Counted from the first letter of the stretch, positions 28,618 through 39,479 are shown. The stretch: 46,223 bases of DNA from Candidatus Heimdallarchaeota archaeon (GCA_021399395.1 JAAFKJ010000026.1:1-46223), one strand, 5' to 3'. Made by a program: numbers and translations. Notes: generated by a model from the sequence alone, not told the origin.

Positions 28618-29844
28618 CTAAAGAAAGTTAATTGTTTTGTCAGTAGTCACAAATGATGCATCGAGCATGTTGCTCCATCTTTCAGACATCCTGGTGAAAG
28701 AAGCTTCAGATTCATTATCAAAATTTTGATTTTCTTCTAACTGAAGATTGAATAATTGTAGGATTTTTTCCTTTTTAAAATAATTTGCTTCAAGTCTTCC
28801 AAAGAATTTACCTTCATATAACAAAGGAAAAACATAGTAACCCCATCTTCGATCTTTGGGTATTTTATACACTTCCCAAATATATTCAAAATCAAAAACT
28901 TTGAGTGTTAAATCTCTATCCCATATTAGAGGATCAAGTGGTGCAATAGCTCTCATTTCATTGTCATATGATTGCTCTAGAAACTCTCTCCAACGCGCAG
29001 GAACACCACAGTAAATGTTTTCATCTTCAATCTTCACAATCTCTGGTTTGTTTTCAACATCTCCTTCAAACCATTTTGGAGATAAACGTTTTTTCTTACC
29101 AAATGTCAATCCTTTATCTTTTGAGTGAGTCACTTTTCCTAGATTGATTAGAGGATAAGATTTCTGTCTGAGTAGGAATTTTTTATAATTAATTTCTTCC
29201 ATTGTCAGACTGCTTTCTTTTAGCATCTCAGTGTTGAAGTAATTCTCAACTAACCCATAAGTTTTCCTCCAATGCTCATCTCTTTCATGAATAACTACCT
29301 TACCTAGAAGCCAAAGAAGTTCTAAAGACATTCCTGCAAGATTGCTTGTTTTCCAGAAAGTCAATTCGGGTTTAATCTTTGCCATATCCTTTAAATCTGC
29401 AGCTTTAGAAGGTCCATTTACATCCAGGAAATCTGTTGCTTCTTTTAGAAATCCTGCCATGCTTTCTTCCATTTTTTCGATACTTGCTTGATAGTATTTA
29501 TGTAAGAACTCCTTTTTCATCTGAGGAAAGAAAATAGAAAAATAACTCTTTGAAATTGCCATCAGATTTGGGAAATAAGATTCGAATACTTGTCTCTGTG
29601 GATAAGCCAGTTTCTGAAAGGCATTAATTTTGTATTTAGGTATTCTTGAAGCAAAGAAAATATCATGATTTCGTCCCGCTGGGTTTAATGGATCTAACTG
29701 AACAGTTGCTTGATCATGAAAAACCTGTAATATATCATTTTCATCATCACCTTGCCACTTGTGCATGTGAGTTCCTACAATTGCAATCTGCTGAAAATCG
29801 CTTTTAGGAACTTCAGTTATAATTTTATTTGCCATATTTCCCAC
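28618..29844 (-). CDS. YcaQ-like (HTH_42) winged-helix DNA crosslink glycosylase family protein
   Basis: VQLDPL..GRNHD..SR, PLDPLIWDR, FEYIWEVY.P..RRWGYYV.PLL..F.GR. Confidence 0.85.
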   Translation of the reverse strand: MGNMANKIITEVPKSDFQQIAIVGTHMHKWQGDDENDILQVFHDQATVQLDPLNPAGRNHDIFFASRIPKYKINAFQKLAYPQRQVFESYFPNLMAISKSYFSIFFPQMKKEFLHKYYQASIEKMEESMAGFLKEATDFLDVNGPSKAADLKDMAKIKPELTFWKTSNLAGMSLELLWLLGKVVIHERDEHWRKTYGLVENYFNTEMLKESSLTMEEINYKKFLLRQKSYPLINLGKVTHSKDKGLTFGKKKRLSPKWFEGDVENKPEIVKIEDENIYCGVPARWREFLEQSYDNEMRAIAPLDPLIWDRDLTLKVFDFEYIWEVYKIPKDRRWGYYVFPLLYEGKFFGRLEANYFKKEKILQLFNLQLEENQNFDNESEASFTRMSERWSNMLDASFVTTDKTINFL

Positions 29845-29976
29845 AGTAGAGCTATATTTAGTGATTCAAAGATTTGTTTTAAGTATATAAAATAAATGAA
29901 AGAAAAGGTAATAGCTTTGAGTTGATATGCTCTTCCAGAATCAAAATTCTTTTTAATACAATAGCTGACTGACTGT

Positions 29977-31665
29977 GTGAATGGAATTCAAAATGAGAAT
30001 GTCTCTCTAAATCTGAAAACTGAAACCAGGGATTCAACTCAAAGTGATATTTCAAAACCGAGAAGATATGTTACGTTAGATTTTCTTAGAGGATTAGCAA
30101 TTCTCGGAATGATTTCTATTCATCTTCTAACTAGAATAATGGATTTAAGCTGGACGTATGAATTAGAAGAAGTACCAGTTTTCTTTATTATCCTAACAAT
30201 AATTCTAGTTTTTCTTGGTTCATGGCGAGGTCTTTTTGTTCTTATATCGGGTATTGGCCACATGATCGCTATGCAAAGAGCGCGAAAAAAGGGTGTACCT
30301 CTTGGAAGAATCGTTTTTAGACAAGTAACAAATGGTATTTTTTTGTTAATGTTTGCTATGCTTACTGAGGGTATTATCGGGTATGATGGGTGGCTAAATA
30401 GAAGCATCCTTAATGGGAGTTTATTGGACATAGATTATTTTCTTGGCAGGTTAAATCATTTCCATACAATTCATTCAATAGCTTGGTGTTTGATAATAAA
30501 TGGAATATTATATGGTATTTTGATGTGGAAGACCAATTATAAAAAAATCACTCAAAACGTTATCATATATTCTCTTCTCGCAATTCTCGTTTTCTCAGTT
30601 ACTACTCCAATCTGGAATAGTCTCTATAATATAAATCCAGACAACAATCATTATTTTACTAATTGGTTAACACAAGATTTCTGGTATGCTGTCAAAGCAT
30701 TCTTCGCTGCACCGTTAGGGGGAAGTCCTCAACCTCTCTTTCCATACATATCAACACTTTTTGTTGGAAATGTAATTGGGTTATATCTCGAGCAAGAAAA
30801 TCCACCAAAAAAACTGCCAGCAATTGGTATGATGATTGGTGGTGCTATAATTATCATTGGAATCATATATGGTTTGGTATTAAATGCTCAATTTGAGGAT
30901 TGGTTACCTTTACGTTATCCAGAGAGATTAACGAAATTGAATGTTTGGCAACCATGGTATCTTTTCGGTTTGGGTGGTCAATTGATATTCTTTATGCTGA
31001 TGATAAGGTTTGTAGAATATCGAGGAAAAGCAGAAAGTTTTGCCAAACGAACAGCTTTTGTCAGAAGATTGGGAATTATTCCTTTTACCATTTACGCTTT
31101 TCAATGGATAGAATTATTACCCCAGTGGATTATTTCTGGACTTATTTTTGGACTTGGATGGTCTGATTATGATAAAGTAAGCCCACTGATCTATTTGTTG
31201 ATTTTAGCCTATGTAATTGGACAGTGGTATGTTGTAACATTAGCTTGGGAGAAAATAAAGTATATAGGTTCTCTTGAATGGCTAATTAGTAGAATTACAC
31301 TTGGAATATCAAAAATAGGAAAACGTATGAAGAACGGAGCCACTCCTATACGCATGGGAACAAGTAAAAGGAATATGCGAGATCTTGTACATAATGTTGA
31401 CTGGATAAATCTTTCACATGTACATGATAAAGAAGAAAGCATTAAAAGAGAAAAGAGGTTATTAGTTACTTCATCTGTTTTAGGGATTATTTTCTTCCCA
31501 CTTATTCCCGCAAGTATTTACCTTCTGAGCAAGAAACGAATAAAAAAACCTCGAACAAAAGGAGATTGGTTCTATATGAAAATCCTGATGGTTATATCAT
31601 ATTCAGTAGTACAATTCTTAGGCATTTCAATTTACCTCTTGAATCTGAAAGGATTAGCAATCTGA
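29977..31665 (+). CDS. Polytopic membrane protein, HGSNAT/DUF1624-DUF418 acyltransferase-like
   Basis: RYVTLDFLRGLAILGMI, LFVLISG, PLFPY, G..PFTIY, GSLEWL; many TM segments. Confidence 0.6.
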   Translation: MNGIQNENVSLNLKTETRDSTQSDISKPRRYVTLDFLRGLAILGMISIHLLTRIMDLSWTYELEEVPVFFIILTIILVFLGSWRGLFVLISGIGHMIAMQRARKKGVPLGRIVFRQVTNGIFLLMFAMLTEGIIGYDGWLNRSILNGSLLDIDYFLGRLNHFHTIHSIAWCLIINGILYGILMWKTNYKKITQNVIIYSLLAILVFSVTTPIWNSLYNINPDNNHYFTNWLTQDFWYAVKAFFAAPLGGSPQPLFPYISTLFVGNVIGLYLEQENPPKKLPAIGMMIGGAIIIIGIIYGLVLNAQFEDWLPLRYPERLTKLNVWQPWYLFGLGGQLIFFMLMIRFVEYRGKAESFAKRTAFVRRLGIIPFTIYAFQWIELLPQWIISGLIFGLGWSDYDKVSPLIYLLILAYVIGQWYVVTLAWEKIKYIGSLEWLISRITLGISKIGKRMKNGATPIRMGTSKRNMRDLVHNVDWINLSHVHDKEESIKREKRLLVTSSVLGIIFFPLIPASIYLLSKKRIKKPRTKGDWFYMKILMVISYSVVQFLGISIYLLNLKGLAI

Positions 31666-31681
31666 TGTTTACTAACGAAGT

Positions 31682-32929
31682 TCATGAAGATAGAAACATG
31701 TCTAGTTTAGTCTGCTTCTTATTATAATCATACATTTTTGATTTGTTCTTCCAGTATTTAACAGGATATTGGAAATAATTTGGAAGTAGCTCAAATGCTT
31801 GATCAATAGTGTCAACTGAAATGTGTTTATTCCTCATTGCACCTCGAACACCAACTCTGATGACCCAAACACCTAGTGGAAAACGATATTCATCAGATAT
31901 TTCTCTAAGAACAATCACTTGTGCTTGTCTCTGAATCTTCATGAGATACTCTGTAACTGCTAATCGAGCTGCATAATAAGCACCTGTTACATTGGAAGCA
32001 TATTCAGTACGACCGTCATACCATTCATAATCACCAACGCCAATATTTACATTGCTAGGATTCATGAAAGCTCCCTGGAACCATACCTCTATCATCTCAT
32101 ACGACCATACATCTGGTACGAGCATTATAACAAATCGATTACCAAAGAAAACATTGGAAAAAATCCTTATTTCCCCCAACTCTTGAAATTTCTTTGTAAT
32201 CTCAGCATTTTGCTTTGAAATTATGTCATCAACTGCAGCTATACTCCATCTAGTAGGAACTAGCTTTCTGTTATCCTTTCGACCTAGCATACCAGCTGAA
32301 AAAACTCTAGTAATAGTATGTACATCTAGTTTCTCTTTTCCTAAAGTATTTACTGCATCAGCTGCGATTAAATCGGTATCATAGTAGGCTTTCTCTATCG
32401 CAGTTATTGGCGATTGATTCTCTGTTAAATCTAATTTCTTAATAGGTACAATTGGACCATAAGGTGCCATTCTTTCATCTAAAGCAATTCTTGGAATAAT
32501 CTTCTTCTCCAGAGTAACCTCTACATCTATTGCCTTCTTACCAAGAAGCATCTCTTGACTTTTTTGAATGATATCGGAATCTAATGGACGTTTAACATCA
32601 ATTTTAGATCTTGTTCGTAAGAGAGATATTCTCATCTTGACAATATCTTCTTGGGTCTTATTCTCCCAATTATTTGCATTATCAATATACTCGGACCCTA
32701 ACCTGTTAACAGTTAACATAGGACCAGCATTAATTTTCGGGTAACCTGTCCACCCTACAAAGAACGCAGGTGGTGTAAAGGAATCATCCAGGTTTTCAAT
32801 CTTAGGTTGCTCAATACTATATTTCTGAGACCATTGGTTTAATAGAGGACAACTTCTTCTACCACATAACATTCTGGAAGTCTTACAAACAACACAGAGC
32901 TCAAAATTTATGGGAGATTCTTCCACCAT
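31682..32929 (-). CDS. nreA: Archaeal DNA repair protein NreA
   Basis: C..CK..LCG...CP Zn motif, FVG..GYP, RKLVPTRWSI.AVD, GAYYAARL, PLGVWVIR, C-terminal PIP box QTKLDMF. Confidence 0.9.
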   Translation of the reverse strand: MVEESPINFELCVVCKTSRMLCGRRSCPLLNQWSQKYSIEQPKIENLDDSFTPPAFFVGWTGYPKINAGPMLTVNRLGSEYIDNANNWENKTQEDIVKMRISLLRTRSKIDVKRPLDSDIIQKSQEMLLGKKAIDVEVTLEKKIIPRIALDERMAPYGPIVPIKKLDLTENQSPITAIEKAYYDTDLIAADAVNTLGKEKLDVHTITRVFSAGMLGRKDNRKLVPTRWSIAAVDDIISKQNAEITKKFQELGEIRIFSNVFFGNRFVIMLVPDVWSYEMIEVWFQGAFMNPSNVNIGVGDYEWYDGRTEYASNVTGAYYAARLAVTEYLMKIQRQAQVIVLREISDEYRFPLGVWVIRVGVRGAMRNKHISVDTIDQAFELLPNYFQYPVKYWKNKSKMYDYNKKQTKLDMFLSS

Positions 32930-33044
32930 AGTATCATGCCATTCATCACTTTTTAATATTAAAAGCTGATGATGAATGAATCAGAAATTTCTATATATTG
33001 AAAAACAAAAGGATTTTTATATTTTGCAAAGTAAACTATAAGAT

Positions 33045-33629
33045 ATGAGTTATTTGGAAGAAGAAATCGGGCAAGAAGATAAACTTATCAAAGGTTCTGA
33101 GAATGGAGATTTCGGTCTAAAACTACTTTTTCTCGGATTAGCTCAAACTGGTAAATCGTCAATTATCCAAGTTATTTTCGAAAATAGATCTCCTGAAACT
33201 ACTAAAGAAATCCAAGCTACTCTCGGGGTTAGAAGAAAATTGCTAGAATTTTCTAACCTTTCACTCAATGTTTATGATGTTGGAGGTCAGATTACTTATC
33301 TAGAAGAAGCTTTCATAGATCTAAGAGAAAGCATATTTTCCCACATAAAAATACTATTTTTTGTCATTGATGCTTCAAAATATCATGATTTCAATTTAGC
33401 CAAAAGTTATTTTGATAGGGCAATCAAAAACCTAAGTGAATATAGCCCTGATGCAAGCTTAGTTATTCTATCTCATAAAAGCGACTTAATCCCAAAGGAA
33501 GAACGAGCTAAAGCTGTTGAAGTAATCTCTGACTTGTTTGAGATTGAAATATATCCAAATGTGGAGATTTTCGAAACGTCAATCTTTGAGCAATCATTAT
33601 CTGATGCGATTAAGGAAACTATAAAGTAA
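33045..33629 (+). CDS. Small GTPase, Rag/Gtr1-like
   Basis: KLLFLGLAQTGKSSI..VIF, ATLGV, YDVGGQ, HKSDL (Rag-type HKxD G4), ETSIF. Confidence 0.75.
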   Translation: MSYLEEEIGQEDKLIKGSENGDFGLKLLFLGLAQTGKSSIIQVIFENRSPETTKEIQATLGVRRKLLEFSNLSLNVYDVGGQITYLEEAFIDLRESIFSHIKILFFVIDASKYHDFNLAKSYFDRAIKNLSEYSPDASLVILSHKSDLIPKEERAKAVEVISDLFEIEIYPNVEIFETSIFEQSLSDAIKETIK

Positions 33630-33660
33630 AAGGAAGTAAAGAAGAAAATCGATTCATTTT

Positions 33661-34683
33661 CTACTTGTACTTCTTATTCTTCATTGAAAAAACAATCAAA
33701 CCTAAACAACTTAGACTAAGTATAGAGGAAATAATTCTGGTTTCTGATTTCTCCGTGTCTAGAACTGTATTAATTGTTATAGCATTAGGTTCCATAACAG
33801 AATTTCCAAACCAATCAGTAATTGAAATATCAAAGGAATAAATACCATGTTCTGTAAAACTGATTATTCCAGAGAATGAAAACCCATCAGTTGTTTGTTT
33901 AAACGTTACTCCTTTGAAGAACGTGCTTTGATTGTCTGAAATCTTATAAATCCAAATTATAACATTTTGAACTAGAGTGTCATCATCTGTTTCCACTGTC
34001 ACGTTATATTCTAGGTCCCCTGCATAATCTACATTTAAATCAACAAAAGAAGGTGGAACTTCTTCATAATAACCTAATACCTCAGCTATCGCAGGAACTA
34101 ATTCATGTTGAAAAAGCCCTTGAACAGTTACAAATGGTTCATCAATGACAAGTGTTGAATCAATATAAGTTCCCCCTGCAGCTTCTATCTCTGGAGCAAG
34201 TTCATCGTAAGCTGTTAGTGATGTTCCATTGATGATATCAGCAAAAACAAAGAGATTAGCACCTCCACAAACAGAGGTCATTAGAACACCCGCATTGAAG
34301 AGATTTTGAATAAGGGTGATGGCTTCTGCACTGTTTTCTCCTTCTACAATTCTTCTTCCTGCCCAGCCACCTGCCATGAAGAAAACGTCATAGTCGCTAG
34401 CATTAACTTCAGAAACAGAGATATCTCTATAAATTGTCTGACTTGATAATATTACAGAATCAACAAAACCTGTATATGTGATGTGGCAGCCTAGACCAGC
34501 TAGATGATTTGTAACATCAAACAACTCGGCAGCTATTATTTCTGGATGAATGATTGTTAAAACCTTTATACCGTACATTGGTTCACTAGATACTGTCTCA
34601 ATATTATTAGATTGTAAAGTTAAAACTATAAGAATAAGTAGAAGTGGGGAAAGAAATTTCCTGAATTTGTGCATATAAATCAC
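33661..34683 (-). CDS. Secreted, membrane-anchored DJ-1/PfpI family protein
   Basis: Signal peptide, YDVFFMAGG, SVCGGA nucleophile elbow, Ig-like region, C-terminal TM plus basic tail. Confidence 0.75.
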   Translation of the reverse strand: MIYMHKFRKFLSPLLLILIVLTLQSNNIETVSSEPMYGIKVLTIIHPEIIAAELFDVTNHLAGLGCHITYTGFVDSVILSSQTIYRDISVSEVNASDYDVFFMAGGWAGRRIVEGENSAEAITLIQNLFNAGVLMTSVCGGANLFVFADIINGTSLTAYDELAPEIEAAGGTYIDSTLVIDEPFVTVQGLFQHELVPAIAEVLGYYEEVPPSFVDLNVDYAGDLEYNVTVETDDDTLVQNVIIWIYKISDNQSTFFKGVTFKQTTDGFSFSGIISFTEHGIYSFDISITDWFGNSVMEPNAITINTVLDTEKSETRIISSILSLSCLGLIVFSMKNKKYK

Positions 34684-34777
34684 TTAATCCTCATTCATAT
34701 GCACTTATGTTGTTTATGGGGGATTTCTGCTCATATTATTGATACTAATAATAAGATAATAAAAAAAAAGAAAAAAA

Positions 34778-36658
34778 TTATTTCTTTATTCTTCTGAAGT
34801 AGTATAAGCCTGCTAGGAAAGGTAGTAGAAGAATTGAAAATACGAAACCATACTGTCGTTGAAATTCTGAAATAATTGGAGGTACAGAAGGTTCTCCCAA
34901 AGGATAAGGATCTGTATCAAATCCCACAGTATAAGGTCCAGTACCGCTCCAGTCACTATAGTAATTACCTTCATTTAGAAGAGGGTCATACCAATAGTTG
35001 TTGTAGCCATAATCATCGCTATATGCTTGATAGTCTCCGTCGATATTATTGTATTGAAAAGTGTTATGATGAATGGTGTTGTATCGAGAATTTGTAAGAT
35101 AAATACCATAATCTTCGTTCTCTTGGAACAAGTTAGAAGCTATTTCTGAATAATCAGTTCCAACTATTTCTATCCCATATCCTTCGTATTTGTAAAAAGT
35201 ATTACCACTAACATATGCATAGCCAACATCATTTAAAACTAAACCATAGTTCATCTCAGCATAAAGCACAATTCCCGAGTTATCACAGAAGTTATTAATT
35301 ACGCTTGGTGAGAGGCATTCTTTCAATTCAATATCTGTTCTTGAAGTAAGTTCGAAGCTGTTTGATATAATGATTGGATCGTTTGATTGGTAGCAATATA
35401 GAGAGTACGTGCTCCTTAGGAATGTATTGTCTCCTACAGTTGCATAATCAGAATTATCTAAGAATAAACCACGAAAGTAGCTATCTTCGAAGTGATTGTA
35501 TGTCACTCCGCTATATAGAGAATCTTTGATGAATACAGCTTGTTTTCCTATTCTTCTGAAATAATTAGAAGAAATATGTGTATCTGGACTTTCTAGAACA
35601 AAAATTGCTCCGTATGGCAGATCGTGAAAATCTTGATTTGATATGAGTGAATTTGTACAATTTAATAGAAAGATTTGTCCATAGGTAGGATAAGATAGTA
35701 CTAGATCCTCTTCATGTTTGAAGTAGCCTAATAGTTTAGTATTGACTGTGTTACCTTTGATTGTGTATGACAAATATCCTGCAAGAGTAAACTGATATAG
35801 AAAAAGACCAGACTTATCAAAAGTGTTGTTTTCAATTGTACTCCCATCAGAAAAAGCAACGTACATACCATACATTGTGCTATCACTACAGATGTTATCT
35901 ACAACTATGCATGATCCAGATGAATGAATAAATATCTCTCTATAATTATTTGAACTGCAGAGATTTTTACTTATTGTAGAAGAATTTGAAGATTGTACTT
36001 TTATACCATAATCGTTGTTGATACACGTATTGTTATGGATGATTGATAAGTAACCATAGTCTACATAAATGCCATATAGCTGACCATTCAAACAAGTGTT
36101 GTTCGCTATATAATTTGAATTTGCATTTGATGAAGATATTCCGTGAGTATATCGATAACCTCCTTCTAAATCCGTATTAATGTAATTATTTGTAACATTA
36201 ATTTGCTCAGAAGCTATTATATCGATACCGTAACTATAAGTGTTGTAACAGATGTTGTTGGTAATTATAGACGTGTTTGGTGCTACACTGTTGAGACGTA
36301 TTCCATTAGAATATTCTGAAATATAGCAGTCTCTTATAATGAAATAAACAGTTGTTTCTCTTATTCTTATTCCACTTCCCGTTCCTGATGTAATGTTGTA
36401 GTTTTCAATAATATAAGGGTCATCAATTGCACCTGTTCCTGGAAAACTGAAACTAGCAAAGTGGGTATCATTGTCAACGATAATTGCTTCTCGTTCAACA
36501 TAATTTGCTTTGACAGGTACTGAAGTAGAATTGTTCGAAAGCTTAGCATGGGTTATTGGAGTCTGAAATGTAATGATTGAGGTTAAGAGTAGTGGGCATA
36601 GAATTATACAAAAGAATTTCAATTTAATGAATTTTGTAATTTTAGCCATATTTTTCAC
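34778..36658 (-). CDS. Cell-surface right-handed beta-helix (NosD/CASH) protein
   Basis: GTG..DDPYIIEN, many GI.....N.I..N repeats, GNYYSD, D.YPL, C-terminal SEF + TM + basic tail. Confidence 0.85.
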   Translation of the reverse strand: MKNMAKITKFIKLKFFCIILCPLLLTSIITFQTPITHAKLSNNSTSVPVKANYVEREAIIVDNDTHFASFSFPGTGAIDDPYIIENYNITSGTGSGIRIRETTVYFIIRDCYISEYSNGIRLNSVAPNTSIITNNICYNTYSYGIDIIASEQINVTNNYINTDLEGGYRYTHGISSSNANSNYIANNTCLNGQLYGIYVDYGYLSIIHNNTCINNDYGIKVQSSNSSTISKNLCSSNNYREIFIHSSGSCIVVDNICSDSTMYGMYVAFSDGSTIENNTFDKSGLFLYQFTLAGYLSYTIKGNTVNTKLLGYFKHEEDLVLSYPTYGQIFLLNCTNSLISNQDFHDLPYGAIFVLESPDTHISSNYFRRIGKQAVFIKDSLYSGVTYNHFEDSYFRGLFLDNSDYATVGDNTFLRSTYSLYCYQSNDPIIISNSFELTSRTDIELKECLSPSVINNFCDNSGIVLYAEMNYGLVLNDVGYAYVSGNTFYKYEGYGIEIVGTDYSEIASNLFQENEDYGIYLTNSRYNTIHHNTFQYNNIDGDYQAYSDDYGYNNYWYDPLLNEGNYYSDWSGTGPYTVGFDTDPYPLGEPSVPPIISEFQRQYGFVFSILLLPFLAGLYYFRRIKK

Positions 36659-36765
36659 CTATTAGTGAATCATGTACAATCAAATCTAGATTTAATAAAC
36701 TTTATCCAAAAATCAATGTTTAGGTTACAATAATCCTAAAATAGTCTTTCTTCATATCTTTGGTT

Positions 36766-37176
36766 ATGCCAAGTAAACCTACATATCCCATGACATTTTT
36801 AAGAACTAATGATCTAGCTGAGACTAGGATTTTTTATGAACAAATCCTGAATTTTCCAGTCGCTTTGGAGCAGAGTGGTTGTATTATTTTCCGTATAGGA
36901 AATTATGGTTATTGGGGTTTTTGTGAGACAGATAAAGAAATCTCAGATCCAGGACAAGTGTGTCTAACAGTCGTTGTAGAAAAGAGAAAGGAAGTAGATG
37001 AATGGCATGAATATTTGATTAGTAATAATGTCAAACTATATCGAGCTCCCCAAGAAACTTCTCAATATAAAATTTACAATAGCTTCTATTTTGACCCTAC
37101 AGGCTATACTTTAGAAATTCAGGCTTTCGATAAAGAAGGGCAACCAATTGGTCATGAAGATTTCAACAGAAATTAG
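36766..37176 (+). CDS. VOC/glyoxalase family protein
   Basis: TFLRTNDL..T..FY..IL, FDPTGYTLEIQ; paralog-like to 6645-7067. Confidence 0.85.
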   Translation: MPSKPTYPMTFLRTNDLAETRIFYEQILNFPVALEQSGCIIFRIGNYGYWGFCETDKEISDPGQVCLTVVVEKRKEVDEWHEYLISNNVKLYRAPQETSQYKIYNSFYFDPTGYTLEIQAFDKEGQPIGHEDFNRN

Positions 37177-37292
37177 TAATGTAATAATTGCTAAGAGGGT
37201 TCACAGATATCCAAATTATTCCTTGAGCTTATTTCATGTGTTATGGAATAGATTTAAAACAGTCTTTTTTCCCTTTATTTCAAGGTGTAATT

Positions 37293-39479
37293 ATGGTTGT
37301 TAAGGAATTCAAATATGACGTTCCTATATTAGATAAAGGATACGCAAACAAATCTCTATACATTAATCTTGATACTTACGAAATAAGAATAGATGATGTA
37401 ACTGAAGAGATGAAAGAGAAATTCATTGGTGGTAAAGGTTTCGATCTTTATATGATGTGGAAATACTTACCAAAGGATAAAAGAACAAAATGGGATGATC
37501 CAGAAAATGTTCTTTGTATCGCAGCAGGTGCTTTGGGCGGAACAACTAACTTTCCTGGCTCTGGGAAAAGCATAGTAACAGCTGTTTCTCCCTTAACAGA
37601 TATCATCATCGACTCAAATGTTGGTGGTTATTTTGGTCCATATCTAAAATACTCGGGATTCGATGTTCTAACTATTCAAGGAAAATCAGATAAGGAAATT
37701 TATATTTACATTGATGGAGAGGAAGGAAGAATAGTTATCGAAGAGGCAGAGGACTTATCATCTGAAACCTACCAGTTAGGGACTATTCTAACAGACAAAT
37801 ACTGCGGAGAAGAAAAATTCAAACGAGATGTTTCTGTCGTTTCCGCTGGTCCAGGAGCAGAGAACACCCGTTGGGGTTGTCTGAATTTTAGTTATTATGA
37901 CCCCCGAAGAGGATATGTAAGATTCAAACAAGCTGGACGTGGAGGAACAGGTACTGTTTTCCGAAATAAAAAACTCAAAGCTCTTGTTGTTAAGAAACTA
38001 AAGGTAGTCACTAGAGGTAACAATCCAGCTGATCCTGAAGCTCTAAAAGAAATCGGTAAAAAACATACTCAAGAAATGATACAACTTGATCCTAAACAGA
38101 ATGAAATGAGGATGGTTGGTACAACTCATCTTGTTCCAATAATGAATGACTATGACTTATTACCAACTAAGAATTTCAAATATGGAAGCGACCCTCAAGC
38201 TGATAAAATTGGTTCTGAAGTCTATCGTAATATATTTGAAAAAGGCCCCGACCCTTGTTGGAAAGGTTGTGCAGTTGGTTGTACACACGGTGTAAAGGAA
38301 TTTGTTCCAAAGACAGGACCATACAAAGGACAGAAAGTTACTGTTGATGGACCAGAATACGAAACTCTAGGTGGAGTAGGTTCTAATTGGTATGTTTGGG
38401 ATCCTCATGATGTAATTGAAACCAACTTCTATTGTGATAATTATGGTTTAGATACTATCGGTGTCGGGACAGGAATAGCTTTTGTTATGGAATGTTATGA
38501 AAATGGAATTCTAGACAAAGAGAAGACTGGAGGTTTAGAATTAAATTGGGGAAATCAAGCTGCTGCAATTGAGCTTGTTCATCAAATGGCTAGAGGAGAA
38601 GGTTTTGGTGTCATTGTAGGGCAAGGAGTAAAGAGGATGAAGAAATACTTTGCTGAGAACTTTGGAGCTGATATTAACTTCCTAAACGATATTGGGATGG
38701 AATCAAAAGGTTTGGAATTCAGTGAATATATGACAAAAGAGTCTCTAGCTCAACAAGGAGGATATGGTTTCGCACTCAAAGGCGCACAGCATGATGAAGC
38801 ATGGTTGATCTTTGAAGACATGGTCAGAGGAAATCTTCCAACATTTGAAAAGAAAGCAGAAGCATTACATTGGTTCCCAATGTGGAGGACTTCGTTTGGA
38901 TTACTTGGTCTCTGTAAGCTTCCTTGGAATGATATTGTCCCAGAAGATAATCGAGAATATGCAGAAGGAAAGATACGCAAAGACGGTAATTATGTTCCAG
39001 ATGATCTAGCAGATCCTGCAAAAATTCCAGAACATGTTCAGAATTATGTTCAATACTATGTCGCTGTCACTGGAAGAGAAATTGACTCTGTAGAATATAT
39101 CAGAATGAGTGAAAGAGTATATAATTTTCAGAGAGCTTTGAATCTATTGTTAATTCCTGAAGGAACAACTTACAGAGAAATGGATACTATCCCTTACAGA
39201 GCTATGGGTCCTGTTACAGAAGAAGAATATCTTTCAAGAGAACAAGAGTATTACCTTAAACAGCTCAAAAATGATCTTAACCTAGATCCTGAAGGAATGA
39301 GCGTTAAAGAGAAAATGAGTGCCATTCGCAAACATCGTGAAGAATCTTATGATAAACTGAAAGAGACTGTTTATGAACGAAGAGGGTGGACTAGCAATGG
39401 TGTTCCAACTGTCAAGAAAATGAAACAGCTAGGGATGGATTTTCCTGATATCATAGAACTACTGGAAAAAAATAAATAA
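37293..39479 (+). CDS. aor: Aldehyde:ferredoxin oxidoreductase family (tungstopterin) protein
   Basis: FIGGKG, SPLT..DSNVGG, AGPGAE, AGRGG.G, C..GC..GC, GPEYET, CD.YGLDTI, RRGW..NGVP; GGTG SD before ATG 37293. Confidence 0.88.
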   Translation: MVVKEFKYDVPILDKGYANKSLYINLDTYEIRIDDVTEEMKEKFIGGKGFDLYMMWKYLPKDKRTKWDDPENVLCIAAGALGGTTNFPGSGKSIVTAVSPLTDIIIDSNVGGYFGPYLKYSGFDVLTIQGKSDKEIYIYIDGEEGRIVIEEAEDLSSETYQLGTILTDKYCGEEKFKRDVSVVSAGPGAENTRWGCLNFSYYDPRRGYVRFKQAGRGGTGTVFRNKKLKALVVKKLKVVTRGNNPADPEALKEIGKKHTQEMIQLDPKQNEMRMVGTTHLVPIMNDYDLLPTKNFKYGSDPQADKIGSEVYRNIFEKGPDPCWKGCAVGCTHGVKEFVPKTGPYKGQKVTVDGPEYETLGGVGSNWYVWDPHDVIETNFYCDNYGLDTIGVGTGIAFVMECYENGILDKEKTGGLELNWGNQAAAIELVHQMARGEGFGVIVGQGVKRMKKYFAENFGADINFLNDIGMESKGLEFSEYMTKESLAQQGGYGFALKGAQHDEAWLIFEDMVRGNLPTFEKKAEALHWFPMWRTSFGLLGLCKLPWNDIVPEDNREYAEGKIRKDGNYVPDDLADPAKIPEHVQNYVQYYVAVTGREIDSVEYIRMSERVYNFQRALNLLLIPEGTTYREMDTIPYRAMGPVTEEEYLSREQEYYLKQLKNDLNLDPEGMSVKEKMSAIRKHREESYDKLKETVYERRGWTSNGVPTVKKMKQLGMDFPDIIELLEKNK

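Noticed and set aside
28618-29844. HTH_42 glycosylase as a self-resistance gene implying a genotoxic polyketide
   Set aside because: The motif is QxD (YcaQ-like, general repair), not the QxQ of cluster-associated AlkZ; the cluster has no tailoring genes for a genotoxin
37293-39479. AOR as part of the acyl-chain pathway (acid-to-aldehyde reduction)
   Set aside because: It is about 9 kb away with unrelated genes between, and AORs are common in anaerobic archaea
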